Of a stretch of DNA of 64,000 nucleotides, positions 47,994 to 61,866 are shown piece by piece. The stretch is from an uncultured Chloroflexia bacterium (GTDB lineage Bacteria > Chloroflexota > Limnocylindria > Limnocylindrales > CSP1-4). The DNA lies in contig CAWHDR010000001.1 in assembly GCA_963828165.1 (NCBI GenBank), positions 1,088,001 through 1,152,000 on the forward strand, read 5' to 3'. The notes beneath the pieces were generated by a model, which worked only from the letters and a program-made list of their open reading frames with translations, did not search any database and was not told where the DNA came from. Made by a program: the position numbers and the translations under genes. Positions within the stretch are counted from its first letter, which is position 1, and every line of letters starts with the position of its first letter.

Positions 47994-50009
47994 GTGATCG
48001 GCGGTCGCCGCTCGCTCCAGGGTCGCAAGCCCGGCGACAAGCGGGTCCGCGTCGAGCGGCCTCATGCCCCGTATTTCCGGTACACGGGCCCCGGCCAGCT
48101 GACGGCCAAGGAAGCGGCCAGCATCCCGACCACGCCTGGAGCGAAGCTGGCGCACAAGATCCGCGGCGTCGTGCTCGGACGCCCGCTGGCCTCGGAAGAC
48201 GAGGCGGGCGAACGCCTGTCGAAGGTCAAGGCGATGGCGATCTTCAGCTCGGATGCGATCTCGTCATCGGCCTATGCGACCGAGGAGATCCTGCGGGCCT
48301 TCGTCCTGGCCGGCGCGGCGATGGCGGCGTTCACCTTCGCGCTGCCGGTCTCGATCGCCATCGCGCTGCTGCTGGGCATCGTCGCGTTCTCCTACCGCCA
48401 GGTGTGCATCGCGTATCCGAACGGCGGCGGGTCGTATTCGGTCTCGAAGGCCAACCTCGGCCGGATCGCCTCGCTCGTGGCGGCCTCGGCACTGCTGATC
48501 GACTACAACCTGACGGTCGCGGTATCGACGTCGTCCGCGGTCGAGCAGATCGTCTCGGCGCTGCCGGCCCTCGCACCGATCGCCGTAGGCATCGGCGTCA
48601 CGGCGATCGCGCTGATGACGATGGCCAACCTGCGCGGCCTGCGCGAGGCCGGCAACATCTTCGCCGTCCCCACCTACCTGTTCCTCGGCAGCGCGTTCCT
48701 GATGATCGGCCTGGGCGTCTTCCGGATCGTCGTCCTGGGCGAGACACGGATGCCCGCAGAGTCGCTCGAGGCGGTCGGGGACACGACCCAGGCCGTCGGC
48801 ATCCTCGTGCTGCTACGGGCCTTCTCGTCGGGCGCCGTAGCTCTGACCGGCACGGAGGCGATCGCGACCGGTGTGCCGGCGTTCAAGCCACCGGAGTCGC
48901 GCAACGCGGCGACGACGCTCATGGTGATGGCGGTCATCCTCGGCGTGCTGTTCGTCGGCATCACCTTCCTGGCGGTCAACCTCGGGGCCGTACCGCCGGC
49001 CCACGTCGGCGACAAGACCGTCATCGCGCAGGTGGCCACCGTCGTCTTCGGCGGCGATTCCATCGGCTTCTACCTGTTCCAATCGTTCACGGCCCTGCTC
49101 CTGTTCTTGGCCGCGAACACCTCCTTCAATGCGTTCCCCAGGCTTGGCGCCGTCCTCGCGATCGACGGGTTCTTCCCGCGTCAGTTCTCGTTCCGCGGCG
49201 ACCGCCTCGCCTTCTCGAGCGGGATCATCGCCCTTGGCGTGGTCGCCGCCTCGCTCGTGGTGATCTTCCGCGGCGAGACCCATGCGTTGATCCCGCTGTA
49301 CGCGGTCGGCGTCTTCATCGACTTCACGATCGCCCAGACCGGGATGGTCCGGCACTGGTGGCGCACCCAGTCGCCAGGCTGGCGCAGACGGCTGGCGATC
49401 AATGCCGTCGGTGGGATCGCGACGGCGATCGTGGCCGTCGTCGTGACGACGATCAAGTTCCGCGACGGCGCGTACCTCGTGCTCCTGCTCATCCCGGTCC
49501 TGGTCGCCGTCATGCTGTTCATCCGGCGCGAGTACGACGATCTGGAGGAGGAGCTCCACGTTCGTGACGACCTGATCGCGGAGGGGCCCCATCGCGAGCA
49601 GCGCGTGGTCATCCCGGTCAACGGCATCAACCGGGCGGTGATCCAGGCAGTGAACTTCGGGCGGACGATGAGCCCGGACATCCGGGCGGTGTACGTCACC
49701 GTGAACCCGGACGAGGGCGACGAGCTGCGCGGACGGTGGGAGCGCCAAGTGCCCGGTGTGCCGCTCGTCATCGTCGAGTCCCCCTATCGCGCCGTGATCT
49801 CGCCGCTCCTCGCCTATCTCGACCTCCTTGACCAGGCCTGGCCGCCGGACAAGGAGGCGCCGGTCACGATCGTCGTGCTGCCGGAATTCGTGCCCCGCCA
49901 CTGGTGGGAGCGCGCGCTGTACAACCAGACGGCCAAGCGTCTCAAGGCGGCGATCCTCGGGCGCGAGCACACGGTCGTCGCCGACGTCCCCTACCGCCGC
50001 GAGCACTAG
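47994..50009 (+). CDS. APC family permease, KimA/YdaO-like
   Basis: SSDAISSSAYATEE, YPNGGGSY, LTGTEAIATGVPAF, ESPYR cytoplasmic domain. Confidence 0.88.
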   Translation: MIGGRRSLQGRKPGDKRVRVERPHAPYFRYTGPGQLTAKEAASIPTTPGAKLAHKIRGVVLGRPLASEDEAGERLSKVKAMAIFSSDAISSSAYATEEILRAFVLAGAAMAAFTFALPVSIAIALLLGIVAFSYRQVCIAYPNGGGSYSVSKANLGRIASLVAASALLIDYNLTVAVSTSSAVEQIVSALPALAPIAVGIGVTAIALMTMANLRGLREAGNIFAVPTYLFLGSAFLMIGLGVFRIVVLGETRMPAESLEAVGDTTQAVGILVLLRAFSSGAVALTGTEAIATGVPAFKPPESRNAATTLMVMAVILGVLFVGITFLAVNLGAVPPAHVGDKTVIAQVATVVFGGDSIGFYLFQSFTALLLFLAANTSFNAFPRLGAVLAIDGFFPRQFSFRGDRLAFSSGIIALGVVAASLVVIFRGETHALIPLYAVGVFIDFTIAQTGMVRHWWRTQSPGWRRRLAINAVGGIATAIVAVVVTTIKFRDGAYLVLLLIPVLVAVMLFIRREYDDLEEELHVRDDLIAEGPHREQRVVIPVNGINRAVIQAVNFGRTMSPDIRAVYVTVNPDEGDELRGRWERQVPGVPLVIVESPYRAVISPLLAYLDLLDQAWPPDKEAPVTIVVLPEFVPRHWWERALYNQTAKRLKAAILGREHTVVADVPYRREH

Positions 50010-50071
50010 ACGGCGCGACAGCCCGGGCAGCTCACCGACCCGCACGCGTGCCGGTGGTATCGTTCCCGCCG

Positions 50072-50527
50072 ATGTCCGACACCGACACGCCCATCTACCG
50101 AAGGGCCGTCATCGCCCTCAACGGTGGCTCGAGTGACGCGCGGATCGTGCGGCTGGTGGTCGCGCTCGGGACCAAGGACGTGGAGCTGATCGCCGTCCAC
50201 GTCGTCGAGATCGACTGGACCCTCCCGCTCGATGCCGACATCGCCGGGCGATCGGAGGAGGTCCAGCAGGTGCTCGACACCGCGGAAGCGATCGCCGAGG
50301 AGCGCAAGATGAAGATGGAGCCGGTGCTGCTCCAGGCCCGCGACGTCGGGGCGGCCATCGTCGACGAAGCTACCGAGCGCGACGCCGACCTGCTGGTCGT
50401 CGGCCTGCCGTATCGAAAGCGGTTCGGCGGCGAATTCGCCATCGGCCGGACCGTCCCCTACATCCTGCAGAACGCGCCGTGCGCCGTCTGGGTGGTGCGC
50501 GAGCCGATGAGCGAGGAGCCGTCGTGA
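50072..50527 (+). CDS. Universal stress protein
   Basis: AVHVVEI, DADLLVVG, ILQNAPCAVWVV. Confidence 0.88.
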   Translation: MSDTDTPIYRRAVIALNGGSSDARIVRLVVALGTKDVELIAVHVVEIDWTLPLDADIAGRSEEVQQVLDTAEAIAEERKMKMEPVLLQARDVGAAIVDEATERDADLLVVGLPYRKRFGGEFAIGRTVPYILQNAPCAVWVVREPMSEEPS

Positions 50528-51066
50528 AGATCGTCATCGTCGGGTGCGGCCGCGTGGGCGCAGCCAGTGCCGAGCTGTGGGACGCCGCCGGGCACGAGGT
50601 GATCGTGCTCGATATCGTCACCCGCGCATTCGAGCGTCTGCCATCCACCTTCGGCGGGGTCGCCATCCGTGGCGACGGCACCGATGAGGACGTGCTCCGT
50701 CGCGCCGGGGCGGAAGGCGCGGACGTCCTGGTGGCCCTTACCGAAGGCGATAACCGGAACGTGATGTCGGCGCAGCTCGCGGTCGAAGCCCTGGGCATCG
50801 CGCGCGTGATCGCCAAGATCAACGACCCGGTGCGGGCCGCGGCGTATTCGGAGCTCGGCATCGCCACGCTGTGCCGGACGGGCTTGATGGCCGACGCCAT
50901 CAACGGGCATCTCGGGTTCCCCCCGTCGGGGCTGCCCGGTGTCCTCGCCGCGACGGGTCACCATGATGGTGGCGCGCACCCCGCGGGCGCGCACCCCGCG
51001 CATGACAAGGCGCCCGGTGACGCCCCCGAACAAGACGCCGCGCCGCGCGCGGCCGTGGAGGCCTGA
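50524..51066 (+). CDS. trkA: TrkA-N (RCK) protein
   Basis: IVGCGRVG, GDGTD, GDNRN; no RCK-C. Confidence 0.85.
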   Translation: MKIVIVGCGRVGAASAELWDAAGHEVIVLDIVTRAFERLPSTFGGVAIRGDGTDEDVLRRAGAEGADVLVALTEGDNRNVMSAQLAVEALGIARVIAKINDPVRAAAYSELGIATLCRTGLMADAINGHLGFPPSGLPGVLAATGHHDGGAHPAGAHPAHDKAPGDAPEQDAAPRAAVEA

Positions 51067-51067
51067 C

Positions 51068-51748
51068 GTGTTCGTACTCGTCGTCGGCGGCGGCAAGGTC
51101 GGCTATTACCTCGCCAAGGAACTGATCGATTCCGGCCACGAGGTGGCCCTCATGGAGAAGGACCCGACCCGCGCCCGGCAGATCGCCGACGAGATCGGCT
51201 CGATCGTGATCCCGCACGACGGGTGCGAGGGCAAGTACCTCGGTGAGGCCGGCTGCAATCGCGCCGACGTCGTGGCTGCCGTGACCGGCGATGACGAGGA
51301 CAATCTCGTGATCTGCCAGATGGCCAAGCATCACTTCGACGTGCCACGCACGATCGCCCGGGTGAACAACCCGAAGAACGAGGTCCTCTTCCGGCACCTC
51401 GGCGTCGACGAGCTCGTCAGCCCGACACGCATGATCCTCGGCTCGATCGAGCAGGACATCCCGGTCCACGAGCTGCTGCACCTGGCGGCGCTCGGTGAAG
51501 GCGAGCTCGAGATCATCGAGGCGCACCTCCAGGCGGGCTCCCCCGCGATCGGCCGATCGCCGGAGCAGCTCGACATGCCGGAGGGGTGCTCGCTGTTCGC
51601 GGTGGTGCGTGGTGGGGTCGCGACCCCGCTCCGTCCGGATGACGTCCTGCGCGAGGGCGACAAGGTCATCGCCATCGGCAAGCAGGAATGCGAGGCCCTG
51701 TTGCACGGGCAGCTCATCGGCGATCCGGAGGCGGTCAGCGCGGGCTGA
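51068..51748 (+). CDS. trkA: TrkA (RCK-N + RCK-C) protein
   Basis: VGGGKVG, TGDDEDNLV, ARVNNPKN. Confidence 0.88.
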   Translation: MFVLVVGGGKVGYYLAKELIDSGHEVALMEKDPTRARQIADEIGSIVIPHDGCEGKYLGEAGCNRADVVAAVTGDDEDNLVICQMAKHHFDVPRTIARVNNPKNEVLFRHLGVDELVSPTRMILGSIEQDIPVHELLHLAALGEGELEIIEAHLQAGSPAIGRSPEQLDMPEGCSLFAVVRGGVATPLRPDDVLREGDKVIAIGKQECEALLHGQLIGDPEAVSAG

Positions 51749-51856
51749 ACCTCTAGTTCGGTGTAGCACGGTCGAAGCCGGCTCCACCGCTCCCGACGCG
51801 CTCAGCGGCCCCGCGCTGGCCCCGATGCCATCTCAATCGCCCGATGTGGCAAGACT

Positions 51857-51887
51857 CTTGACAACGCCATTGTCAACGTTCTAGCAT
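51857..51887 (+). promoter_or_regulatory. Heat-shock operon promoter with HAIR-like inverted repeat
   Basis: CTTGACA-N7-TGTCAAC covering -35 TTGACA; -10 TAGCAT 6 nt before ATG. Confidence 0.7.
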
Positions 51888-51893
51888 CCGTGC

Positions 51894-52286
51894 ATGGCAT
51901 CTCCGCGTCAGGACCGCGATCCCACGAGGCCCGTCTACGTGATCAGCGTGGCGGCCACCCTGGTGAGCGCGCACCCTCGAACCCTGCGTATCTACGAGGA
52001 CGAGGGCCTGCTCTGCCCGGCCCGGACGCCGACCAACATCCGCCTCTATTCCGAGAATGACATCCGGCGGATCCTGTGGATCCGCCACCTGACCCGCGAG
52101 CGGGGCGTCAACCTCGCCGGGATCCGGATCCTGTTCGAGCTGGAGGAGCGCCTCGGTGCTCGCGTCCTGGAGGCGCTCTACGCCGAAGGGACGGGCGATG
52201 CCGAGAGCATCCGTCCCGCGACAGCAGCCCCGGAACCCTCCAAGGACTCATCCACGTCACGCGATCCATCCATGGCAGACCGTTGA
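51894..52286 (+). CDS. hspR: HspR-like MerR family heat-shock repressor
   Basis: PVYVISVAA, HPRTLRIYE, GVNLAGI; heads lon-dnaJ-clpB. Confidence 0.82.
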   Translation: MASPRQDRDPTRPVYVISVAATLVSAHPRTLRIYEDEGLLCPARTPTNIRLYSENDIRRILWIRHLTRERGVNLAGIRILFELEERLGARVLEALYAEGTGDAESIRPATAAPEPSKDSSTSRDPSMADR

Positions 52287-52363
52287 GCGATCGACCCACC
52301 ACCAAGCCTTCAGCGGGAACCCCTCCCGCCGACACCGAACCCGAACGTCAGGAGAACCTCGAC

Positions 52364-54877
<2,514 letters not shown>

Positions 54878-55076
54878 AATGAGGATCGCCGCCGGGTGCC
54901 CTTTGCGTGCGTTGCAGCCTGCGCTGCTCGCTCACGCAGGAGTCGCCGGGCCGATGGCTAGGGCAGCGTGGTCTCGGACCTCCGGGGGTAGTGCGCTCGC
55001 TCCGCTGCTCGGCGGCGCCTTCGCCTGGGACGTCCGGACGGCGGCTACGCCGTCCGGCTGATTCGGAAGTCGGCCG

Positions 55077-56153
55077 ATGGACTACAAGGACTATTACGCC
55101 GTTCTCGGCGTGCCGAGGACTGCGTCGCAGAAAGAGATCAAGAAGGCCTTCCGTAAGCTCGCGCGCGAGCACCACCCGGACACGAAGGGCGGCGACGCCG
55201 CGGCCGAGGTGCGGTTCAAGGAGGTCAACGAGGCGAACGCCGTCCTGTCCGACCCGGACAAGCGGGCGCTCTACGACCGCCTGGGGGCCGATTGGCAGTC
55301 GTATGCGCGGGCGGGTGCGGGCGCGCCCGCCGGAACGGGGGCTCGGGCCGGCGGCGCCGCAGCCGGCGACCCCTTCGGCGGGTACGCCGGGTTCGGTGGC
55401 GCACCCGGTGGCAGCGTCCGCTACGAGTTCCATACGACCGGAGACGCCGGCGAGTTCAGCGACTTCTTCAACGCGTTCTTCGCGGGCGAGTCCGAGCCAT
55501 TGAGCACACCCGGCCGCGGCCGGCGGGCGACGGGTGGCGCCACGTTCGAGGACATCCTCGCCGGGATGGGCCTCGGTGCCGATGGCGGTGCCGCGACGAG
55601 CCGTCCACGTCCCACGACCACCACGGCCGCACGACCGCGACCCGCGTCGGCGGAGGCCACGGCCGACATCACGCTCGAGGAGGCGTATCACGGGACGAGC
55701 CGGCTCGTCGAGGTCGAGGGCAAGCGCCTCGAAGTCACGATCCCGCGCGGCGCCGATACCGGCAGCCGCATCCGATTGACCGGCAAGGCGCCCGGCGGCG
55801 GCGACCTGTACGTCGTGGTCCGCCAGCGTCCCGACCGGGTGTTCACGCGTCGCGGTGCGGACCTGGAGCGCGAGCTGTCCCTGACCCTCGGGGAGGCGCT
55901 CCTCGGCGCGGACGTCAAGGTCCGTACGCCCAAGGGACGCGTCGTGCTCACGATCCCGGCCGGAACCCAGGGGGGTCGCGTGTTCCGGCTGACCGGCCAG
56001 GGCATGCCGAGGTTTCGCGCGGACGGCTACGGGGACCTGTACGTGAAAGCCCGCGTCATCCTCCCGACCGACCTCTCCGACGCCGCTCGCGAGGCGGCCG
56101 CCCAGTTCTTCGAACTCGTCGACCAACCCGATCCCCGCACCAGTGAGTCCTGA
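55077..56153 (+). CDS. dnaJ: Class II J-domain chaperone (DnaJ/CbpA-like, no Zn finger)
   Basis: J domain with HPD, G/F region, C-terminal DnaJ domain. Confidence 0.88.
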   Translation: MDYKDYYAVLGVPRTASQKEIKKAFRKLAREHHPDTKGGDAAAEVRFKEVNEANAVLSDPDKRALYDRLGADWQSYARAGAGAPAGTGARAGGAAAGDPFGGYAGFGGAPGGSVRYEFHTTGDAGEFSDFFNAFFAGESEPLSTPGRGRRATGGATFEDILAGMGLGADGGAATSRPRPTTTTAARPRPASAEATADITLEEAYHGTSRLVEVEGKRLEVTIPRGADTGSRIRLTGKAPGGGDLYVVVRQRPDRVFTRRGADLERELSLTLGEALLGADVKVRTPKGRVVLTIPAGTQGGRVFRLTGQGMPRFRADGYGDLYVKARVILPTDLSDAAREAAAQFFELVDQPDPRTSES

Positions 56154-56154
56154 C

Positions 56155-58903
56155 ATGCAACTCGATCGCTTCACCCAGAAGGCCCAGGAAACCATCCTCG
56201 CCGCCCAGGCGACCGCCGAGCGGCTGCACAGCCCGGTCCTCGACGCGGAGCATCTCCTCAGCGCGCTCGTCGACCCCGACGACGGCATCCCGGCCGAGAC
56301 GCTTCGCCGGCTCGGCGTCGATCTGCCGGCGTTCCGCGGCGAGGTCGCGGCGGCGCTCGCGCGGCGCGCACGTATCGAGGGCGGCTCGCTCAGCCTGGAC
56401 CCGCGCGCCAAGGGCGTCGTCGAGCGGGCGGAGGCGGAAGCCCGTCGCCTGTCCGACGACTACGTCTCGACGGAGCATCTGCTGCTCGGCGTCGCCGAGG
56501 CCGGCGGCGATGCCCAGGCCATCCTCGAGCGGCACAGCGCCGGCAAGGAAGCGCTCCTGCAGGCCCTGCAGAGTGTCCGGGGCGGGCAACGTGTCACCTC
56601 CCAGAACCCCGAGGGCACGTACGCAGCGCTCGAGAAGTACGGCCGCGACCTGACCGCCGAAGCGCGGGCCGGCAAGCTGGACCCCGTCATCGGGCGCGAC
56701 GACGAGATCCGCCGCGTCATCCAGGTCCTCAGCCGGCGGACCAAGAACAACCCCGTCCTCATCGGGGATCCCGGCGTCGGCAAGACGGCCATCGCCGAGG
56801 GCCTCGCCCAGCGCATCGTGCGCGGCGACGTCCCAGAGGGGCTCAAGGACAAGCGCGTCGTCGGGCTGGACCTTGGCGCCCTCATCGCCGGGGCGAAGTT
56901 CCGAGGCGAATTCGAGGAGCGGCTCAAGGCCGTGCTCAAGGAGATCAAGGACTCGGACGGGCAGGTCGTGCTGTTCATCGACGAGCTCCACACGGTCGTC
57001 GGTGCCGGCGCCGCCGAGGGCGCCATGGACGCATCCAACCTGCTCAAGCCGATGCTCGCACGGGGCGAGCTGCACACGATCGGTGCGACCACCCTCGACG
57101 AATACCGCAAGTACATCGAGAAGGACGCCGCGCTCGAGCGCCGTTTCCAGCCGGTCCTCGTGGATCAGCCCACGGTCGAGGAGACCATCAGCATCCTGCG
57201 CGGGCTGCGCGAACGCTACGAGGTCCATCACGGGGTCCGCATCACCGATTCCGCGCTCGTGGCCGCGGCGACCCTGTCCGATCGCTACATCACCGAGCGC
57301 TTCCTGCCCGACAAGGCGATCGACCTCGTCGACGAGGCGGCCTCGCGGCTGCGCATGGAGATCGACTCGATGCCGATCGAGCTCGACGAGCTCGAGCGCC
57401 GGCGCATCCAGCTCGAGATCGAGCGAGAGGCCCTGCGCAAGGAGACGGACGACGCGTCGAAGGCCCGCCTCGAGGCGCTCGAGAAGGAGCTGGCGGACCT
57501 GGAAGAGCAGGCCGGCGGCATGAAGCAGCGCTGGGAGGCCGAAAAGGCCGCGATCGCCGCCATCCGCACGACAAAGTCGGAGCTCGAGCAGCTCCAGGTT
57601 CGCATCGAGCAGGCGGAGCGGGAGGCTGACTTCGCGACGGCCGCCGAGCTCAAGTACGCCACCCAGAAGGAGCTCAACGACCGGCTCACCGAGGAGGAAG
57701 CGACGCTCGCCGCGCTGCAGGGCCCGGGGACGCTGCTCAAGGAAGAGGTCGGAGCGGACGACATCGCCCAGATCGTCGGGGCATGGACGGGCATCCCGGT
57801 CAGCCGCCTGCTGGAGGGCGAGACCGCCAAGCTCATCGAGATGGAGGACCGCCTGCACCAGCGGGTGGTCGGTCAGGACGAGGCCATCCAGGCGGTTTCG
57901 GACGCCGTCCGCCGAGCCCGAGCCGGGCTCAAGGACCCGCGCCGGCCGATCGGCTCGTTCCTGTTCCTCGGCCCGACCGGTGTCGGCAAGACCGAGCTCG
58001 CCCGCGCACTTGCCGAGTTCCTGTTCGATGACGAGAACGCGATGGTCCGCATCGACATGAGCGAATACATGGAGAAGTTCGCGGTCAGCCGCCTGCTCGG
58101 GGCACCCCCGGGCTACGTCGGCTACGAAGAAGGCGGCCAGCTGACCGAGGCGGTCCGCCGCCGGCCGTACCAGGTGATCCTGCTCGACGAGATCGAGAAG
58201 GCCCATCCGGACGTGTTCAACGTGCTTTTGCAGGTCCTCGACGACGGCCGCCTGACCGACGGTCAGGGCCGCACGGTGAACTTCAAGAACACGGTCGTGA
58301 TCATGACCAGCAACGTCGGCTCCGCGGCCATCGCCGCCACGAACGCCAGGGCTGGTGACGCTGCCTACGAGCAGATGAAGCGAGATGTCACCGAAGCCCT
58401 GCGATCGCACTTCCGGCCGGAATTCCTCAACCGCGTGGACGAGGTCATCGTGTTCCACGCCCTCACCGACGAGGACCTCAGCGCGATCGTGGACCTGCTG
58501 CTCGCGGACCTGGGCCGACGGCTGGCCCAGCAGGACATCGAGCTGGAGCTGACCGCGGCCGCTCGTGCGCTGATCGTGCGCGAGGGCACCGATCCCGCGT
58601 TCGGGGCGCGCCCGCTCAAGCGGACGATCCAGCGACTCGTCGAGAACCAGCTGGCCCGCGCCCTCGTCGGCGGCGAGTTCCGGCCGGGCGACCGGGTGAC
58701 GGCGGACGCGGACCTCACGTCGGGCACGCTCGTCTTCTCGACCGAGGGCGCGACCGTGGTCGGCGAGGCCGGCCGCCGTGACGCCCGGCGCCGCGAGGAC
58801 GACGACCTGGCCGCCGTCGGAGGGCGTGCAGGGCCGCCCGAATTCGCGCCTGGATCTCCCGCCGACGCGCCCCAAGCGCGACGACGGCGAGCTGGTCAAC
58901 TGA
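56155..58903 (+). CDS. clpB: ATP-dependent chaperone ClpB (probable indel near the 3' end)
   Basis: Two AAA modules with coiled-coil M domain; an alternative frame gives ...[17 protein letters not shown] at 58901-58903. Confidence 0.92.
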
Positions 58904-58932
58904 CCCAAGCCGGCCAGCGGCGATCGGTCGGC

Positions 58933-59616
58933 ATGCGCTTCGACGTCGCCGCGGACGCGCCTGTCGCTCCTGCCCGATCCCCTGCCGGTCCCGGCCGATG
59001 TGATGATGCCCGTCGTCGTCGGCGGGTCGGACCTCAAGGCCGCCCGCGATGCCGCGTTCCGGCCGGCCCGGGCGACCCGCGGCGGTCCTCGTCCTGCTCT
59101 ACCCGGACGCCGAGGGTGAGGCCCGCGTGGTCCTGATCGAACGGACGACCGGTGACGGGCATCACTCGGGCGAGGTCAGCTTTCCCGGTGGCAAGTCGGA
59201 GCCCGAGGACGCTGATCCCGCCGCGACCGCCCTGCGCGAGGCGAACGAGGAGGTGGCCCTCGACGCCGACGCAGCCGGCGTTCGCGTCGTGGGCCTGCTG
59301 GATCGGATGTGGATCCCCGTGAGCGACTTCGACGTGACGCCCGTGGTCGCACTCGCGGAGCGCCCACCACGCTCTGGCGCCGTCCCCGTTCGAGGTGGCC
59401 AGGATCCTGGAGCCACACGTCGCCCGCTTCCTTCCCGACGCGCCGGTGACCATGGTCGAACGGACGATCCGGGAATGGCCTCTGCGTTACGGCACGTACG
59501 ATCTGGACGGCCTGTCGGTGTGGGGCGCCACGGCACGCATCCTGAGCCAGCTCGGGGCGGTCCTCGCGCCCGTGGCCGCGGGACCGAGCAAAGACGGGGA
59601 TCGACCGACGGCCTGA
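58933..59616 (+). CDS. Nudix CoA pyrophosphatase (frameshifted)
   Basis: [17 protein letters not shown]...[18 protein letters not shown] in different frames. Confidence 0.8.
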
Positions 59617-59788
59617 GAGGGCCCCGCATCCGATCGCCGGTACGGCGGAACCACACGCCGACACATGGCGTCCAGACGGCGGCCCGACGGCACACTCGTG
59701 GTGACCGCTCCGGGACCTGCGGGACCGCCATGCGGCCCGCCCAAGCGGGCCGGTTCCCTCTGCTGGGGCCCGGCTGGGAGGTCGCGTC

Positions 59789-61314
59789 ATGCGCACGCCA
59801 CTCCTGTTCCTGGCCGGGCTCTCCATCGTGGTCGCCGCTTGCGGCGGAACCAGTTCCGCGAGCCGGGGGGTCAGCCAGGCGTCCAGAGGATCCCGGGCAT
59901 CACCAGCCGACCCTTGCGCCGTGGCCGGCGCCCGAAACGACGCCCTACGGCGGTGTCACGTACGACGATCCGGGTGTCAACCCGTACGTCGATCCCGACG
60001 AGGACCAGGTCTCGACCTTCGGCCTCGATGTCGACACCGCGAGCTACACGATCGCGCAACGCTACGTCGATGACGGCAATCGGCCCGATCCGGCCAGCGT
60101 CCGTGTCGAGGAATGGGTCAACGCCTTCGACCAGGGCTACGGCAGCCCGGACGACGACGCGTTCGCGATCGTGGCCGACGGCGGCCCCACTCCGTTCACC
60201 GAGGCCGATGAGGTGCTGCTGCGGATCGGCCTCCAGGCACGCGACGTGCGGGACCGGGCGCGCGAGGACGCCGCCCTCACCTTCGTCATCGACACGTCGG
60301 GCTCGATGGAACGCGAGGGCAGGCTCGAGCTCGTCAAGGATGCCCTGCGCCTGCTCGTCGAGGGGCTCGGCCGCAACGACAGCGTTGCCATCGTCACGTT
60401 CGGCGATGAAGCCCGCGTCCTGCTCGGCCCGACCCGGGCCACGGAGGGCAACGAGATCCTCGGCGTCATCGAGCAGCTTCGGCCGGGCGGCTCCACGAAC
60501 CTGGAGGCGGGTCTGCGGCTCGGGTACGACCTTGCCCGCGAGTCGCTGACGGAGAACGGCATCGACCGGGTCGTGCTGGCGTCGGATGGCGTCGCCAACG
60601 TCGGGTTGACCGATCCTGGATCGATCCTCGATGCGATCCGTCGTGATGCGGAGGCCGGCATCGAGCTCGTCTCCGTCGGCGTCGGGATGGGCAACTACAA
60701 CGACACCCTGCTCGAGCAGCTGGCGAACCAGGGCGATGGCTTCTATGCCTACGTGAACGTCCTGGAGGAGGCCCGCCGGTTGTTCACCGAGGACCTGACC
60801 GGGCACGCTGCAGACGGTCGCGCTCGATGCGCGAGCGCAGGTCGAATTCGATCGCGACGTGGTCGCGGCGTACCGCCTCGTCGGATACGAGAACCGTGAC
60901 ATCCGTGACGACGATTTCACGGATGAGGAGGTGGAAGCGGGTGCGATCGGTGCCGGGCACGCCGTGACCGCGCTGTATGCGCTCCGGTTGCGCGAGGATG
61001 TCGGCCCCCAGGATCTCCTGGGGACCGTGCGGCTGCGCTGGTCCGATCCGGAGACCGATGCCGTCGACGAGCTCGTGCGCGAGGTTCGGACGAGCGATCT
61101 CGCCCGTTCGTTCGAGTCGAGCGCCCCGCACTTCCGGTTTGATGCGATCGTCGCGGCGACCGCCGAGGTCCTTCGCGACAGCCCCTGGACAGAACGCCTG
61201 GATCTCGTCGCGGTCGCCGATGTGGCCGCGCGCGAGGCGCTGGGACTTCCCGAGACCGACGAGGTCCACGGGTTCCTCGACCTGCTGGACCGACTCGCCT
61301 CGATGGACGGCTGA
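59789..61314 (+). CDS. vWA-domain lipoprotein, YfbK-like (two frameshifts)
   Basis: Lipobox VAAC, STFGLDVDTASY, DTSGSM MIDAS, SDGVANVG, YRLVGYENR. Confidence 0.82.
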
Positions 61315-61360
61315 ACCTCGACACGGCCGGGCGGGGCGTCGTGGAGGAGCGGCGCCCCGC

Positions 61361-61831
61361 TCAGGCCGGCTCTCCAGCCTCCGGATCGGGGCGCGGCGGG
61401 CGACTGGGATCCGGTCGGAGCGCGCCCTCGGCCGGGCTGACGGGGCCCGCCGCGAGCTCGCGGGCACGACCCTCGACGATCCCCTTCATGGCGGCGTCAT
61501 CGGCGTCCGCGAATTCGATCACGAACGCGCGCATCTCCGAATGTTCCGTCCACGCGGCGTGCGGGATGTCAGCGGGCCACAGGACGGCCTCGCCGGCCGC
61601 GACCCTGGTCCGCTCGTCCCCGACGCCGACCCAGCCCCCGCCCTCGATGACGATCAGCCACGTCGTGTTCGGCACGGCATGCGGTTCCATCTGGGCGCCG
61701 CGCGCGAAGGCGAGCTCCGAGATCACGCCTCGTTCGTCGCTGTGGATGGGCTGACCGGTCACCCCGGACGTGCCGGCGGGACCATCCGGACGTCGATGGC
61801 CAACGCCGAAGCGGCGGATCTCGATCGGCAT
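61361..61831 (-). CDS. Cupin domain protein
   Basis: MEPH...VIEGGGWV, GEAVLWPADIPH. Confidence 0.8.
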   Translation of the reverse strand: MPIEIRRFGVGHRRPDGPAGTSGVTGQPIHSDERGVISELAFARGAQMEPHAVPNTTWLIVIEGGGWVGVGDERTRVAAGEAVLWPADIPHAAWTEHSEMRAFVIEFADADDAAMKGIVEGRARELAAGPVSPAEGALRPDPSRPPRPDPEAGEPA

Positions 61832-61866
61832 CGCGTCCCTGAACGCCGGCGCTCGATGCGCGCCGG

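Noticed and set aside
59617-59788. Hairpins upstream of the vWA gene as a riboswitch
   Set aside because: Only short GC stems expected by chance; no known consensus
56143-60899. Apparent extended ClpB and Nudix-vWA fusion proteins
   Set aside because: Better explained by indels; each gene has its own plausible start and stop in adjacent frames
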